Shown here: piece by piece, positions 16,561 through 27,388 of the stretch | How positions within the stretch are numbered: the stretch's first letter is position 1 | Layout: each line of letters starts with the position of its first letter | Origin: Acinetobacter wanghuae | GTDB lineage: Bacteria > Pseudomonadota > Gammaproteobacteria > Pseudomonadales > Moraxellaceae | NCBI RefSeq assembly: GCF_009557235.1 | Contig: NZ_CP045650.1 | Span: 2,640,001 to 2,672,000 of the forward strand | DNA: 32,000 bases | Reading direction: 5' to 3' | Position numbers and translations under genes: made by a program | Notes under the pieces: model-generated | What the model saw: the letters and a program-made list of their open reading frames with translations, nothing else | What the model was told of the DNA's origin: nothing | The model's database searches: none

Positions 16561-17682
16561 ATGCCGCTCAATACCGTTGAAGAGCTTGTAGCAGATATCC
16601 GTGCAGGAAAAATGGTTATCCTGATGGATGACGAAGATCGCGAAAATGAAGGTGATCTTGTCATTGCAGCAACGCATGTTCGTGCAGAAGACATCAACTT
16701 CATGATCACGCATGCGCGTGGCTTGGTTTGCCTGACGTTAAGTAAAGAACGCTGCCAACAGTTAAATCTGCCTTTAATGGTCGATGCCAATGGTGCGCAG
16801 CACGGCACTAACTTCACGCTTTCAATTGAAGCGGCTCAAGGTATTTCTACGGGTATTTCACCTGCTGAACGTGCACATACCATCCAAACTGCGGTCGCAG
16901 CACATGCTAAACCGGCTGACATTGTACAACCCGGACATATTTTCCCATTGATGGCACAACCAGGTGGCGTATTACACCGTGCAGGTCACACTGAAGCAGG
17001 TTGTGACTTATCACGTTTAGCAGGTTTAGAACCCGCATCTGTGATCTGTGAAATTATTAATGAAGACGGTACGATGGCACGTCGTCCTGATCTTGAAGTC
17101 TTTGCAGAAAAACATGGTTTAAAAATTGGTACGATTGCCGATCTTATTCATTACCGCATGACCAATGAGCAAACGGTTGAACGTTTAGATCAGCAAAAAC
17201 TAGATACCGAATACGGTGTGTTTGATCTTTATCGTTACCGTGAATTTGGCAATCCCGATATTCATTTAGCTTTAGTGAAAGGTGAGCCTAAAGACGGCGT
17301 CACCACAGTTCGTGTACATGGTTTTAATCCAACGCGTGATTTATTGAAGCTCAATAAGCAAGATGGCGAACCGGCTTGGAACTTAGATCGCGCGTTGAAA
17401 GAAATTTCAAGCAGCGAGCGTGGTGTTCTGGTTTGGATTGGTCAACGTCATTTACAAGATTTAGGTCCTGCATTAGATACCCTTAACGCACCAAAAAATG
17501 TAAAATCGAATGCTGCACTTTCTCAGCAGTATCAAACCATTGGTGTGGGTGCACAAATTTTACGTGATTTAGGCGTGGAAAAGATGAAGCTGCTTAGCTC
17601 TCCTTTACGCTTTAATGCACTTTCAGGTTTTAACTTAGAAGTGGTGGAATACATCACCGCACATCAAACATCAGAGAAATAA
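16561..17682 (+). CDS. ribBA: 3,4-dihydroxy-2-butanone-4-phosphate synthase fused to a degenerate GTP cyclohydrolase II-like domain (RibBX type)
   Basis: The N-terminal half carries [12 protein letters not shown] and AGHTEAG (RibB). The C-terminal half is RibA-like but without the Zn-binding cysteines. ATG at 16561 with AAGGTGA upstream; the track's 16558 is a TTG one codon earlier. Confidence 0.9.
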   Translation: MPLNTVEELVADIRAGKMVILMDDEDRENEGDLVIAATHVRAEDINFMITHARGLVCLTLSKERCQQLNLPLMVDANGAQHGTNFTLSIEAAQGISTGISPAERAHTIQTAVAAHAKPADIVQPGHIFPLMAQPGGVLHRAGHTEAGCDLSRLAGLEPASVICEIINEDGTMARRPDLEVFAEKHGLKIGTIADLIHYRMTNEQTVERLDQQKLDTEYGVFDLYRYREFGNPDIHLALVKGEPKDGVTTVRVHGFNPTRDLLKLNKQDGEPAWNLDRALKEISSSERGVLVWIGQRHLQDLGPALDTLNAPKNVKSNAALSQQYQTIGVGAQILRDLGVEKMKLLSSPLRFNALSGFNLEVVEYITAHQTSEK

Positions 17683-17693
17683 TCGAGGTTGCT

Positions 17694-18164
17694 ATGGCTG
17701 TTCGCCGTATTGAAGGTATGTTACATCTCGCGAACGAAGACCGTTATGCGATTCTAGTTGGTCGTTTTAATAGCTTTGTTGTCGAACATTTGTTAGAAGG
17801 TGCCGTTGATACATTGAAACGTCATGGCGTATCAGAGGATAATATCACTGTTGTTCACGCACCTGGTGCTTGGGAACTTCCTGTCGTTGCGAAGAAACTT
17901 GCGGCTTCAGATCGTTTCGATGCCATCATTGCGCTTGGCGCAGTCATTCGTGGTAGCACGCCTCACTTCGATTTCGTTGCTGGCGAATGTGCCAAAGGTT
18001 TAGGCGTTGTTGGTCTAGACACTGGCTTACCCGTCATCAATGGTGTACTCACTACGGATAGTATTGAACAAGCGATTGAACGCTCTGGAACAAAAGCAGG
18101 TAATAAAGGTAGCGAAGCTGCCTTAACTGCGATTGAAATGGTTAACTTGTTAAAGGCTATTTAA
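17694..18164 (+). CDS. ribH: 6,7-dimethyl-8-ribityllumazine synthase
   Basis: 156 aa with typical blocks VGRFN, VPGAWELP and [14 protein letters not shown]. Confidence 0.93.
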   Translation: MAVRRIEGMLHLANEDRYAILVGRFNSFVVEHLLEGAVDTLKRHGVSEDNITVVHAPGAWELPVVAKKLAASDRFDAIIALGAVIRGSTPHFDFVAGECAKGLGVVGLDTGLPVINGVLTTDSIEQAIERSGTKAGNKGSEAALTAIEMVNLLKAI

Positions 18165-18168
18165 CGCT

Positions 18169-18618
18169 ATGTCGCAAACACTTCAAGCAACTTATGCAGC
18201 AAAACGTAAAGCACGTCGCTTTGCTGTACAAGGAATTTATGAATGGCAAATGAGCCACAATCCAGTCCATGAGATTGAAGCACGTACACGTGTAGAAAAT
18301 GCCATGCACAAAGTGGATCTTAGCTATTATCATGAATTGTTGACCGAGGTGGTTGCCAATCATGAAGCATTGGATGCGCTCTTAATCCCTGTCCTTGACC
18401 GCGAAGTTAGCGCCCTTGATGGCGTTGAACTTGCAACACTTCGTCTTGGTGCATATGAACTTAAAGAACATCTTGAGATTCCATATCGCGTTGTTTTAGA
18501 TGAAGCGATCGAGCTTGCTAAACACTTTGGCGGTGCAGACAGCCATAAATACATCAATGGTGTATTAGACCGTTTAGCGACAACTTTACGTGCAGCAGAA
18601 AAGCAACAATCTAACTAA
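18169..18618 (+). CDS. nusB: Transcription antitermination factor NusB
   Basis: 149 aa, with the conserved position after ribH and the blocks RRFAVQGIY and [13 protein letters not shown]...FINGVLD. Confidence 0.92.
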   Translation: MSQTLQATYAAKRKARRFAVQGIYEWQMSHNPVHEIEARTRVENAMHKVDLSYYHELLTEVVANHEALDALLIPVLDREVSALDGVELATLRLGAYELKEHLEIPYRVVLDEAIELAKHFGGADSHKYINGVLDRLATTLRAAEKQQSN

Positions 18619-18639
18619 TTTTTTAAGCAGATTGTTTGT

Positions 18640-19557
18640 ATGGCTGAGTTCTCGATTATCGACACCTATTTTAATCAGCGGACATCTACGTCTGTCGATT
18701 TAGGGGTCGGTGACGACTCAGCCTTGCTCACCCCTCCTCCACAGCAACAATTGGTCATTTGTGCCGATACTCTCGTTGCTGGACGTCATTTCCCTTTAGA
18801 AACTCATCCGCATGCGATTGGTTGGAAATCTGTTGCCGTCAATTTATCTGATATTGCTGCAATGGGCGCAAAACCGCATAGCATCTTACTCGCCTTGAGT
18901 TTACCCCAAATTGATCATGACTGGCTTAAAGGCTTTAGTCAGGGTTTATACGATTGTTGCGATCAATTTGGTGTGAGTTTAATTGGTGGCGATACCACCC
19001 AAGCCCCTCATTTGACCCTATCTGTGACCGCACTTGGCTGGGTCGATATAGGGAAAGCCGTACAGCGTTCAGGCGCGCAAGTTGGCGACCTAATTTGTGT
19101 ATCAGGTACAGTGGGTGATGCCGCATTTGCCTTAAAGCATTTGGGTCACCCGTTACAACAGCGTTTGGACTATCCAACGCCACGCTGCGCTCTGGGTCAA
19201 GCATTGAAAGGCTTAGCAAATAGCATGATTGATGTCTCAGATGGTTTAAGCCAAGACTTGGGACACATTTTAAAAGCATCACAAAAAGGTGCGATTTTAA
19301 ATTTAGAAAATTTACCTGTTAGCCCTGCACTTCAAGATTTAAGCCATGAACAACAATGGCAATATGCATTGGCAGGTGGCGATGACTATGAGTTATGTTT
19401 TACAATAAGCCCGCAAAATTATGAAAAACTTTTGCAGCAACCACTTGATGTAAATATAACAATGATTGGCACAATTACAGACAGTCAAATTCTCTCTTTT
19501 CAGCATCACAAGCAAAATATCATGCTGAATTTAAATGGATATCAACACTTTGCATAA
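18640..19557 (+). CDS. thiL: Thiamine-monophosphate kinase
   Basis: 305 aa with GVGDDSA, NLSDIAAMGA and GGDDYEL, in conserved nusB-thiL-pgpA order. Confidence 0.9.
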   Translation: MAEFSIIDTYFNQRTSTSVDLGVGDDSALLTPPPQQQLVICADTLVAGRHFPLETHPHAIGWKSVAVNLSDIAAMGAKPHSILLALSLPQIDHDWLKGFSQGLYDCCDQFGVSLIGGDTTQAPHLTLSVTALGWVDIGKAVQRSGAQVGDLICVSGTVGDAAFALKHLGHPLQQRLDYPTPRCALGQALKGLANSMIDVSDGLSQDLGHILKASQKGAILNLENLPVSPALQDLSHEQQWQYALAGGDDYELCFTISPQNYEKLLQQPLDVNITMIGTITDSQILSFQHHKQNIMLNLNGYQHFA

Positions 19558-20056
19558 GCCAGCGATTCATTTTAAAGCTATGTCTTGGGCAGATCGTTTT
19601 ATCGTGTTCTGTGGCATAGGCTTTGGTTCAGGATTATTGCCCAAAGCACCAGGGACGTTTGGTTCAGCATTTGCATTGCTGTTCGTGCCCATTTGGCTTG
19701 CGATTGGCTTTTCAAATACAGTCATCGCCATTGTATTGATGTCATTGATTGGGATTTATATTTGTGGACGAACCGCCAAAGTCATGGGCGTACACGATGA
19801 TGGTCGTATTGTTTGGGACGAGTTCGCCGGACAATCCATCACCTTTTTACCCATTTTGTATTTGGGTCAAATGAATGTGTGGTGGCTGATCATTGGTTTT
19901 GCCCTATTTCGTTTATTTGATGTTTGGAAACCATGGCCCATTCGAGTTATTGATCGCCAAGTCGGCGGTGGTTTCGGCATCATGTTTGATGACATTATTG
20001 CAGGTCTTTGGGCTGCACTGTGTATCTGGTTCTATTTTTATTTCACCGTGGCATAA
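19535..20056 (+). CDS. pgpA: Phosphatidylglycerophosphatase A
   Basis: Motifs GFGSGLLPKAPGTFGS, DDGRIVWDEF, WKPWPI and FGIMFDDIIAG. The ATG at 19535 overlaps the thiL end by 23 nt. An alternative ATG lies at 19580. Confidence 0.88.
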   Translation: MDINTLHKPAIHFKAMSWADRFIVFCGIGFGSGLLPKAPGTFGSAFALLFVPIWLAIGFSNTVIAIVLMSLIGIYICGRTAKVMGVHDDGRIVWDEFAGQSITFLPILYLGQMNVWWLIIGFALFRLFDVWKPWPIRVIDRQVGGGFGIMFDDIIAGLWAALCIWFYFYFTVA

Positions 20057-20076
20057 GCCATTTTTAGGATTACAAC

Positions 20077-21441
20077 ATGTCAACGACTGTTATTATTCTT
20101 GCTGCAGGTAAAGGAACGCGTATGCGTTCGCAACTCCCGAAAGTATTACAACCGCTTGCAGGACGTCCTTTGCTTGGTCATGTCATTGACACTGCTCAAA
20201 AAATTAAAGCAGACAATATCATTACCATTTACGGTCACGGTGGCGATCGCGTTCAAGCAGCATTTTCAGATCAAAAGATTACTTGGGTGGAACAAGCTGA
20301 ACAATTGGGTACAGGTCATGCGGTTAAAGTGACGTTGCCAGTATTGCCAAAAGATGGCATCTCTTTGATTCTATCTGGTGATGTGCCATGCATTAGCCAA
20401 ACCACACTACAGAACCTACTTGCTACCACGCAAGACAAAGGTATTGGCTTAGTTACTCTCACTCTATCTGATGCCACAGGTTATGGTCGTATTGTCCGTG
20501 AACATGGTCAAATCCAAGCCATTGTTGAGCATAAAGATGCCTCTGATGAACAGCGCCAAATTAAAGAAATTAATACGGGGATTTATGCCGTTAGTAATGC
20601 TAAATTGCATGAATGGTTACCAAAACTTAGCAATAACAATGCGCAAGGTGAATATTACCTGACCGATATTGTTGCTATGGCACTTGCGGATGGTATGACG
20701 GTCGCATCTGTTGAACCTGAGCAGGCTTTTGAAGTTGAAGGCGTCAATGATCGAGTGCAACTTGCAACACTTGAACGTCAGTATCAAGCCGATCAAGCTA
20801 AAAAGCTCATGCAACAAGGCGTGCATATTATTGATCCATCACGTTTTGACTTACGTGGTACTTTAAAAGTAGGTCAAGATGTGCGCATCGACATTAATGT
20901 CATTATTGAAGGCAATTGTGAGTTTGGTGATGATGTTGAAATTGGTGCAGGTTGTGTGATTAAAAACACCACCATTGCAGCAGGCACAAAAGTTCAGCCA
21001 TATAGTATTTTTGACAATGCTGTTATCGGTGAAAATACGCAAATTGGTCCTTTTGCACGTCTACGCCCTGGTGCGAAATTGGCTGCTGAAGTTCACATTG
21101 GTAACTTCGTTGAAGTCAAAAACTCAAGCATTGGCTTGGGCTCTAAAGCCAATCACTTCACTTACTTAGGTGATGCTGAAGTAGGTGCAGGCTCAAATAT
21201 TGGTGCAGGAACTATTACCTGTAACTATGATGGTGCTAATAAATTCAAAACCATTATCGGTGACAATGCCTTTATTGGCTCAAACAGCTCACTCGTTGCG
21301 CCTGTTCAAATTGGCAATGGTGCAACAGTCGGTGCAGGCTCGACCATTACCCGTGATGTTGCAGAGAATAGTTTAGCAGTAGAGCGTTCAAAGCAATTCG
21401 TGAAAGAAAATTATCCACGTCCACAAAAAATTAAGAAATAA
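20077..21441 (+). CDS. glmU: Bifunctional UDP-GlcNAc pyrophosphorylase / GlcN-1-P acetyltransferase
   Basis: 454 aa with N-terminal [10 protein letters not shown], a left-handed beta-helix hexapeptide-repeat C-terminal half, and NYDGANK. Confidence 0.95.
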   Translation: MSTTVIILAAGKGTRMRSQLPKVLQPLAGRPLLGHVIDTAQKIKADNIITIYGHGGDRVQAAFSDQKITWVEQAEQLGTGHAVKVTLPVLPKDGISLILSGDVPCISQTTLQNLLATTQDKGIGLVTLTLSDATGYGRIVREHGQIQAIVEHKDASDEQRQIKEINTGIYAVSNAKLHEWLPKLSNNNAQGEYYLTDIVAMALADGMTVASVEPEQAFEVEGVNDRVQLATLERQYQADQAKKLMQQGVHIIDPSRFDLRGTLKVGQDVRIDINVIIEGNCEFGDDVEIGAGCVIKNTTIAAGTKVQPYSIFDNAVIGENTQIGPFARLRPGAKLAAEVHIGNFVEVKNSSIGLGSKANHFTYLGDAEVGAGSNIGAGTITCNYDGANKFKTIIGDNAFIGSNSSLVAPVQIGNGATVGAGSTITRDVAENSLAVERSKQFVKENYPRPQKIKK

Positions 21442-21453
21442 GAGGAATTCATT

Positions 21454-23292
21454 ATGTGCGGTATCGTCGGTGGCGTTGCAGAACGTAATATCAGTAATAT
21501 CCTCATTGAAGGTTTAAAGCGTCTCGAATATCGAGGTTACGATTCAGCAGGTCTTGCATTAATTAATGCTGGTCAAGTATTGCGTGAACGCCGTGTCGGT
21601 AAAGTAGCGAATTTAGCTGAAGCCGTGGCAGAGTCTCAAATTACAGGTAGCTTGGGTATTGCGCATACCCGTTGGGCAACCCATGGCAAACCAACGGAAG
21701 CCAATGCCCATCCCCATGTTTCAGGCAATGTTGCCGTGGTACATAACGGTATTATTGAAAACTACCAAGAACTAAAAGACGATTTAGAAGCTTTGGGCTA
21801 TGTCTTTACTTCACAAACAGATACTGAAGTTGTGGCGCATTTAGTCAATGATGCATTAAAAACAACACCAAGTTTGTTAGAAGCAGTTCGTCAGGTTGTG
21901 CCTCAGCTGAAAGGTGCTTATGCACTCGGTATCGTACATACAGATCATCCAAATGAGCTGATTACAGTACGCGAAGGTTCACCTTTAGTGATTGGTGTAG
22001 GTATTGGCGAGAACTTTATCAGTTCAGATCAATTGGCTTTACTCCCTATTACCAATCGTTTTATCTACCTTGAAGAAGGTGATATTGCACGTTTAACCCG
22101 TAATACCATTGAAGTATTTGTAGATGGTCAGCTCGTTGAGCGTCCTGTCAAAGAACTCGATGCAACGGTGAGCAATGCGTCTAAAGGCGAGTATAAGCAT
22201 TACATGCTCAAAGAAATTTATGAGCAGCCTGAAGCCATTAAACAAACCATTTCACAAGCTTTAAATGGCAATGCACTTCGTGAAGATTTCTTAGCGTCTG
22301 CTGTGCAAGATTTTGCGAATATTCAACAAGTACAAATTATTGCCTGTGGTACCAGTTACCATGCGGGCATGATTGCAAAATACTGGTTCGAGCAACTGAT
22401 TAATCTGCCATGCCAAGTGGAAATTGCCAGTGAGTTCCGTTATCGCTCACCTGTCATTGTGAACAATACGCTTTATGTCTGTATTTCCCAATCTGGGGAA
22501 ACTGCGGATACCTTAGCCGCACTTCGTGATACACAAAAACGTGCATTAGCAAAAGATTTAAACATCACAACCATGACGATTTGCAACGTCGCAACATCAT
22601 CCATGGTGCGTGAAACCAATCACAGTTTGTTGACGCTTGCTGGTCCTGAAATTGGTGTCGCTTCAACGAAAGCATTTACCACTCAGCTTGCCGCACTTAT
22701 GCTTTTAGTGTTAAAAATTGGTGAAATTAAGCAGAGCATATCTGACGCTCAAATTGCAGAGATTGTGGCGGATTTATGGCATACACCAAAAGTGATTTTG
22801 GACACGCTACAGAACAATCCTGAAATTTTACGTTTATCTGAACTGTTTGTTGAGAAACAACACTGCCTATTCTTAGGTCGTGGTACACACTTCCCAATTG
22901 CATTAGAAGGCGCACTGAAACTCAAAGAAATTTCTTATATTCATGCAGAAGGTTATGCAGCAGGTGAACTGAAACATGGTCCACTCGCACTGGTTGATAA
23001 CGACATGCCTGTTGTGATCCTTGCACCACAAGATGACATGCTCGATAAACTGAAATCCAACATGGAAGAAGTTCAAGCACGTGGTGGTGAACTCTTTGTC
23101 TTTGCGGATGAGAACAGCGGTATCAAAGCCAAAGATCGTCAACATGTGGTGTATGTACCGAGTGTGAATGCCATTATTGCGCCAATCGTATACAGCGTAC
23201 CGGTGCAATTACTTTCTTATCATGTTGCAGTATTACGCGGTACGGATGTCGATCAACCACGCAATCTGGCAAAATCGGTGACAGTTGAATAA
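21454..23292 (+). CDS. glmS: Glutamine-fructose-6-phosphate aminotransferase
   Basis: 612 aa. It starts MCGIVG (N-terminal nucleophile Cys), has two SIS domains, and ends KSVTVE. Confidence 0.96.
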   Translation: MCGIVGGVAERNISNILIEGLKRLEYRGYDSAGLALINAGQVLRERRVGKVANLAEAVAESQITGSLGIAHTRWATHGKPTEANAHPHVSGNVAVVHNGIIENYQELKDDLEALGYVFTSQTDTEVVAHLVNDALKTTPSLLEAVRQVVPQLKGAYALGIVHTDHPNELITVREGSPLVIGVGIGENFISSDQLALLPITNRFIYLEEGDIARLTRNTIEVFVDGQLVERPVKELDATVSNASKGEYKHYMLKEIYEQPEAIKQTISQALNGNALREDFLASAVQDFANIQQVQIIACGTSYHAGMIAKYWFEQLINLPCQVEIASEFRYRSPVIVNNTLYVCISQSGETADTLAALRDTQKRALAKDLNITTMTICNVATSSMVRETNHSLLTLAGPEIGVASTKAFTTQLAALMLLVLKIGEIKQSISDAQIAEIVADLWHTPKVILDTLQNNPEILRLSELFVEKQHCLFLGRGTHFPIALEGALKLKEISYIHAEGYAAGELKHGPLALVDNDMPVVILAPQDDMLDKLKSNMEEVQARGGELFVFADENSGIKAKDRQHVVYVPSVNAIIAPIVYSVPVQLLSYHVAVLRGTDVDQPRNLAKSVTVE

Positions 23293-23296
23293 TTTC

Positions 23297-23320
23297 AAAG
23301 GCTGGTGAACCAGCCTTTTT
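23297..23320 (+). terminator. Rho-independent terminator directly after glmS
   Basis: AAAGGCTGG-TGAA-CCAGCCTTT followed by T-rich sequence. It ends about 20 nt before the pgm ATG. Confidence 0.75.
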
Positions 23321-23339
23321 CATATTTGAGGGAATAAAC

Positions 23340-24707
23340 ATGACATTAACTTGTTTTAAAGCTTATGATATCCGCGGCAAACTTGGCACAGAGCTGAATG
23401 AAGAGATTGCTTATAAAATTGGTCGTGCCTACGGCGAAATTTACCAACCTAAAAAAATTGTAGTTGGTTGTGATGTTCGCTTAACCAGTGAAGACCTTAA
23501 ACAAGCCACGATCAAAGGCCTTAATGATGCCGGTGTTGATGTTTTAGATTTAGGTATGACAGGTACAGAAGAAGTTTATTTCGGTGCTTTCCATTTAGAT
23601 GTGCAAGGTGGCATTGAAATTACAGCCAGTCATAATCCTATGGACTATAACGGCATGAAATTAGTCCGTGAAAATGCACGTCCGATTAGTGCTGACACAG
23701 GTTTAAAAGAAATTCGCTTATTGGCTGAATCAGGTAAATTTAAAGATGTTGCGGTGAAAGGGTCAACTGAAAAATACAATATCTTGCCTGAGTTCATCGA
23801 ACATTTGATGACGTACATCGAACCTGCAAAAATCAGCCCATTAAAGTTGGTTGTCAATGCAGGCAACGGTGCAGCAGGTCACGTGATTGATGCCATTGAA
23901 GAAAAATTTAAAGCACTCAGTGTGCCTGTCAAGTTTATTAAAATTCATCACGAGGCTGATGGTACTTTCCCCAATGGTATTCCCAACCCACTATTAGTTG
24001 AAAACCGTGATAGCACACGTAATGCAGTCCTTGAGCATGGGGCTGACATGGGCTTAGCTTGGGATGGTGACTTTGATCGTTGTTTCTTATTCGATGAAAA
24101 AGGTCAGTTTATTGAAGGCTATTATATTGTCGGCTTATTGGCTCAAGCCTTCTTACTGAAACAATCTGGCGAAAAAATTGTGCATGATCCTCGCCTTGTT
24201 TGGAATACTTTTGATGTTGTCGAGCAATACCAAGGTGAAGCGATCCAATCAAAATCTGGTCACTCTTTTATTAAAGAAAAAATGCGTGAACGCAATGCTG
24301 TTTACGGCGGGGAAATGAGCGCCCATCATTACTTCCGTGACTTTGCATATTGCGATAGCGGTATGATTCCTTGGTTATTGGCTGTTTCTGTTCTTTCAGA
24401 AACTCAGAAACCACTCTCTTCGCTGGTTGAAGAAATGATTGAAAAATTCCCTTGTTCAGGTGAAATCAACTTCAAGGTCGAAGATACTCAAGTGACAATT
24501 CAAAAAATCTTCGATCATTTTACCGATCAAAAACCAACAATTGATAAAACGGATGGTGTAAGTTTAGATTTTGGCGCTTGGCGCTTAAATGTTCGTGCTT
24601 CAAATACTGAGCCACTTCTACGTTTAAATATTGAAAGTCGTAAAGATCAAAATCCAAAACCAATTCAAACATATGTGGATGAATTAACTCAATTGATTCA
24701 AGCTTAA
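23340..24707 (+). CDS. pgm: Phosphoglucomutase/phosphomannomutase (AlgC/ManB type)
   Basis: 455 aa with the active-site loop TASHNP, metal loop DGDFDR, and GGEMSAHH. Confidence 0.93.
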   Translation: MTLTCFKAYDIRGKLGTELNEEIAYKIGRAYGEIYQPKKIVVGCDVRLTSEDLKQATIKGLNDAGVDVLDLGMTGTEEVYFGAFHLDVQGGIEITASHNPMDYNGMKLVRENARPISADTGLKEIRLLAESGKFKDVAVKGSTEKYNILPEFIEHLMTYIEPAKISPLKLVVNAGNGAAGHVIDAIEEKFKALSVPVKFIKIHHEADGTFPNGIPNPLLVENRDSTRNAVLEHGADMGLAWDGDFDRCFLFDEKGQFIEGYYIVGLLAQAFLLKQSGEKIVHDPRLVWNTFDVVEQYQGEAIQSKSGHSFIKEKMRERNAVYGGEMSAHHYFRDFAYCDSGMIPWLLAVSVLSETQKPLSSLVEEMIEKFPCSGEINFKVEDTQVTIQKIFDHFTDQKPTIDKTDGVSLDFGAWRLNVRASNTEPLLRLNIESRKDQNPKPIQTYVDELTQLIQA

Positions 24708-24725
24708 TAATTAGATTAATTTATA

Positions 24726-24754
24726 GAAAAAAGAGCCTTTAAGGCTCTTTTTTC
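24726..24754. terminator. Bidirectional Rho-independent terminator between convergent pgm and wzi
   Basis: A6-AGAGCCT-TTA-AGGCTCT-T6. Confidence 0.8.
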
Positions 24755-24770
24755 TATTGGCAAATTAGAC

Positions 24771-26204
24771 TCAATGTTTAAACAAAGTACTATCCAACGG
24801 GATTTCAATGCCTACTGATGCACCCGTATCACGCCCATGTAAATCTGAATCACTGACCCAAGCCTTAATTTCCAAAGGAAGTGTTGGTTTAAGGTAATGT
24901 GTCCAAGTCAAATCTAAAGCTTTAATTTCATCTTTATTGGGGAAAGCTTCATTAATAGATAGATTCGACTGATTCACTGTAGCGAAAAGTGCTCGCCCAC
25001 TTAATCGATTTATAAGGTCGATACGAATATTCCCACCAATTGAATACATTTCACTATCTCCCCCTAAGCTATGCCCCAGTGGGAAACCATGTTGATAATA
25101 ACCATCCTTATAATCACCATGACTATATGTGTATCCCCAAACTTCTCTATTAGTACGAGTATCAGCTAATTCTAAATACAATTGAAATGGTAATTTTCCA
25201 AGCTCAGAGGAGTAATCCACACCTAATAAATAAAATTTCCTAGATGGTAGATACCCAGCCTCATCCTCGCCAATCAATTGACCATAAATTCCTAAAGGCA
25301 AATCAATTAGGTGCTTAAGATTTAGTTTTATATCAATACCTGCAAGTTGATTGGATTTATCTAAAGCGCGGTCATCGAAATTATCATTTCCTTTAATGGC
25401 CTCCCACAAACCACTTAAACTTTCATCTTTACCATCTCCTCCCCACTGAAGAATCCTAGATGCTCCTATTTCTAGATATGGGCGTGGTTGCATTGTTAAA
25501 CGTAAACCAAGTAATTTTGCATTGGGAATAGCCTCATAATTATCTAATTGACCGGCAAAAATTTGATATTGCCAATCACCAATCCAAGAGAGCCACTTCG
25601 TTTCAAAAGCCTTTTGCTCAGCTCTTTGCATCGTTAAGCCATACACTGGACGACTGGCATCGCCTCGAATCAAACTGCCTTCATACCCTGGACCCCAATA
25701 TGTCGGAATTTGCCCTGCAATTAACCACTGATTCCGTAGTTTTCCAGCAATATAAGAGCCTTCGATATTAATATCATGACCATGATCTATCACTTGATCT
25801 TTTTCGGCATTAACCTTTAATCTTGCATCCCAATGCGCTTGTCCTGCATTTAATTCAACACCGGCAACGTATTGCGCTTTAGCATTCGTTCCAAATTGTT
25901 GTGGACTATACGCTTGATCACTTGCAATAGAGAGATCAAATTTAACAGCAGTATTTTCTTTATTTAAAACTGCTTTAACAGAATCAATGACTTTTTGCTG
26001 TGTATTATTCAAAACTTTTGCGTGATTTAAAGCACGTTCAATCTCATCGCCACTTAAGGGCCAAGTCGATGTACTGATTTGAATCACACCTTGTTGATTC
26101 AGCCAATTTAGATCCGTACGTAACTCTTCATTATTTAATACAATACCTTGTGCCATGACAGGAACAGTAATGATTGATAAAATCAAGCTCGATAAAATTT
26201 TCAA
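24771..26204 (-). CDS. wzi: Wzi family outer-membrane capsule-anchoring lectin
   Basis: 477 aa with a signal peptide (...VPVMA/QG). It shows long colinear similarity, from memory, to Klebsiella/E. coli Wzi: LRTDLNWL..GVI..S.STWPLS, WGPGYEGSLIRGDA.RP, QRAEQ..FET.WLSW.G.WQYQ, LE.GASRI.QWGG, NQLAG.D.K. Confidence 0.85.
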   Translation of the reverse strand: MKILSSLILSIITVPVMAQGIVLNNEELRTDLNWLNQQGVIQISTSTWPLSGDEIERALNHAKVLNNTQQKVIDSVKAVLNKENTAVKFDLSIASDQAYSPQQFGTNAKAQYVAGVELNAGQAHWDARLKVNAEKDQVIDHGHDINIEGSYIAGKLRNQWLIAGQIPTYWGPGYEGSLIRGDASRPVYGLTMQRAEQKAFETKWLSWIGDWQYQIFAGQLDNYEAIPNAKLLGLRLTMQPRPYLEIGASRILQWGGDGKDESLSGLWEAIKGNDNFDDRALDKSNQLAGIDIKLNLKHLIDLPLGIYGQLIGEDEAGYLPSRKFYLLGVDYSSELGKLPFQLYLELADTRTNREVWGYTYSHGDYKDGYYQHGFPLGHSLGGDSEMYSIGGNIRIDLINRLSGRALFATVNQSNLSINEAFPNKDEIKALDLTWTHYLKPTLPLEIKAWVSDSDLHGRDTGASVGIEIPLDSTLFKH

Positions 26205-26356
26205 TTTCTATTCCTATATATGTAAATAATTTAAATGTTACAAAAAATTGAAATCACTTTTTAAGATAATTATTGAATGACAAGATTTTAATGTAATAAA
26301 TATTTTAAGGTATCATTTACAACAAAGTTAATACTTAAAATAGTAAATACATAATT

Positions 26357-27388
26357 TTAAGATTCAACATCAGCCAAATACCCTTTTGGATTTTTCTTCT
26401 GCCAATTCCAACTATCAGCCAGCATATCTTCCAGACCAAATTTTGGTGTCCAACCCAACTCAGAAACCGCAAGTGCATTATCTGCAAATGTCGTCGCCAC
26501 ATCACCTTCACGACGAGGGGCGAATTCAAATGGAATTTCAATCCCATTAACTTGTTCAAAGGTATTTTTAATCTGTAGTACAGAACAACCATTGCCTGTA
26601 CCAACATTCCAAACACGGCAACCTTGAGCATTTAAGCGATTCTTCAATGCGCATAAATGTGCATTAGCTAAATCAACCACATGAATATAATCACGCACCC
26701 CTGTACCATCAACAGTATCATAATCATTGCCAAAAATAGATAATTTTTCGCGACGACCCACTGCAACTTGCGTGACATAAGGCATTAAGTTATTTGGAAT
26801 ACCTTGCGGATCTTCCCCAATTTGACCGCTTTTATGTGCGCCAACAGGGTTAAAATAGCGTAATAAGGCAATTGACCAACGCTCATCAGCAACCGATAAT
26901 TTCTGTAATAATTGTTCTACAATGAGTTTGGTGTAACCATAGTTATTACTTGGCATACCTGTTGGCATTTCTTCATTTAGTGGTGATACATTAGCTTCAT
27001 CATAAACCGTTGCAGAAGAGCTAAAGACCAAATTAAATACGTTGGCACGTTCCATTGCTTTGACTAAGCTGATCGAGCCTGAAATATTATTTTCAAAATA
27101 CTTAAGCGGAATTTGCTGACTTTCACCTACGGCTTTTAAGCCAGCAAAGTGAATTACGGCATCAATCTGATGGGTCTGAAACACTCGATCAAGCGCATTT
27201 GAATCAAGAATATCACCTTCGATAAAATCTAAAGATTTTGAAGTTAAAGTTTGAACACGATTTAAAGACTCTTTCGAACTATTCGATAAATTATCCAATA
27301 CAACGACTTCATGTCCTGCACTAAGTAGTTCAACACACGTATGTGAACCAATATAGCCTGCTCCACCGGTGACTAAAATTTTAGACAT
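26357..27388 (-). CDS. galE: UDP-glucose/UDP-GlcNAc 4-epimerase (Gne1/GalE)
   Basis: 343 aa with the Rossmann motif [11 protein letters not shown] and catalytic YGYTK. Its start overlaps the gpi stop by 8 nt (ATGTCTAA). Confidence 0.92.
   Translation of the reverse strand: MSKILVTGGAGYIGSHTCVELLSAGHEVVVLDNLSNSSKESLNRVQTLTSKSLDFIEGDILDSNALDRVFQTHQIDAVIHFAGLKAVGESQQIPLKYFENNISGSISLVKAMERANVFNLVFSSSATVYDEANVSPLNEEMPTGMPSNNYGYTKLIVEQLLQKLSVADERWSIALLRYFNPVGAHKSGQIGEDPQGIPNNLMPYVTQVAVGRREKLSIFGNDYDTVDGTGVRDYIHVVDLANAHLCALKNRLNAQGCRVWNVGTGNGCSVLQIKNTFEQVNGIEIPFEFAPRREGDVATTFADNALAVSELGWTPKFGLEDMLADSWNWQKKNPKGYLADVES

Noticed and set aside
21442-21453. glmS ribozyme or other leader upstream of glmS.
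   Set aside because: The glmU-glmS gap is only 12 nt, so there is no room for a structured leader.
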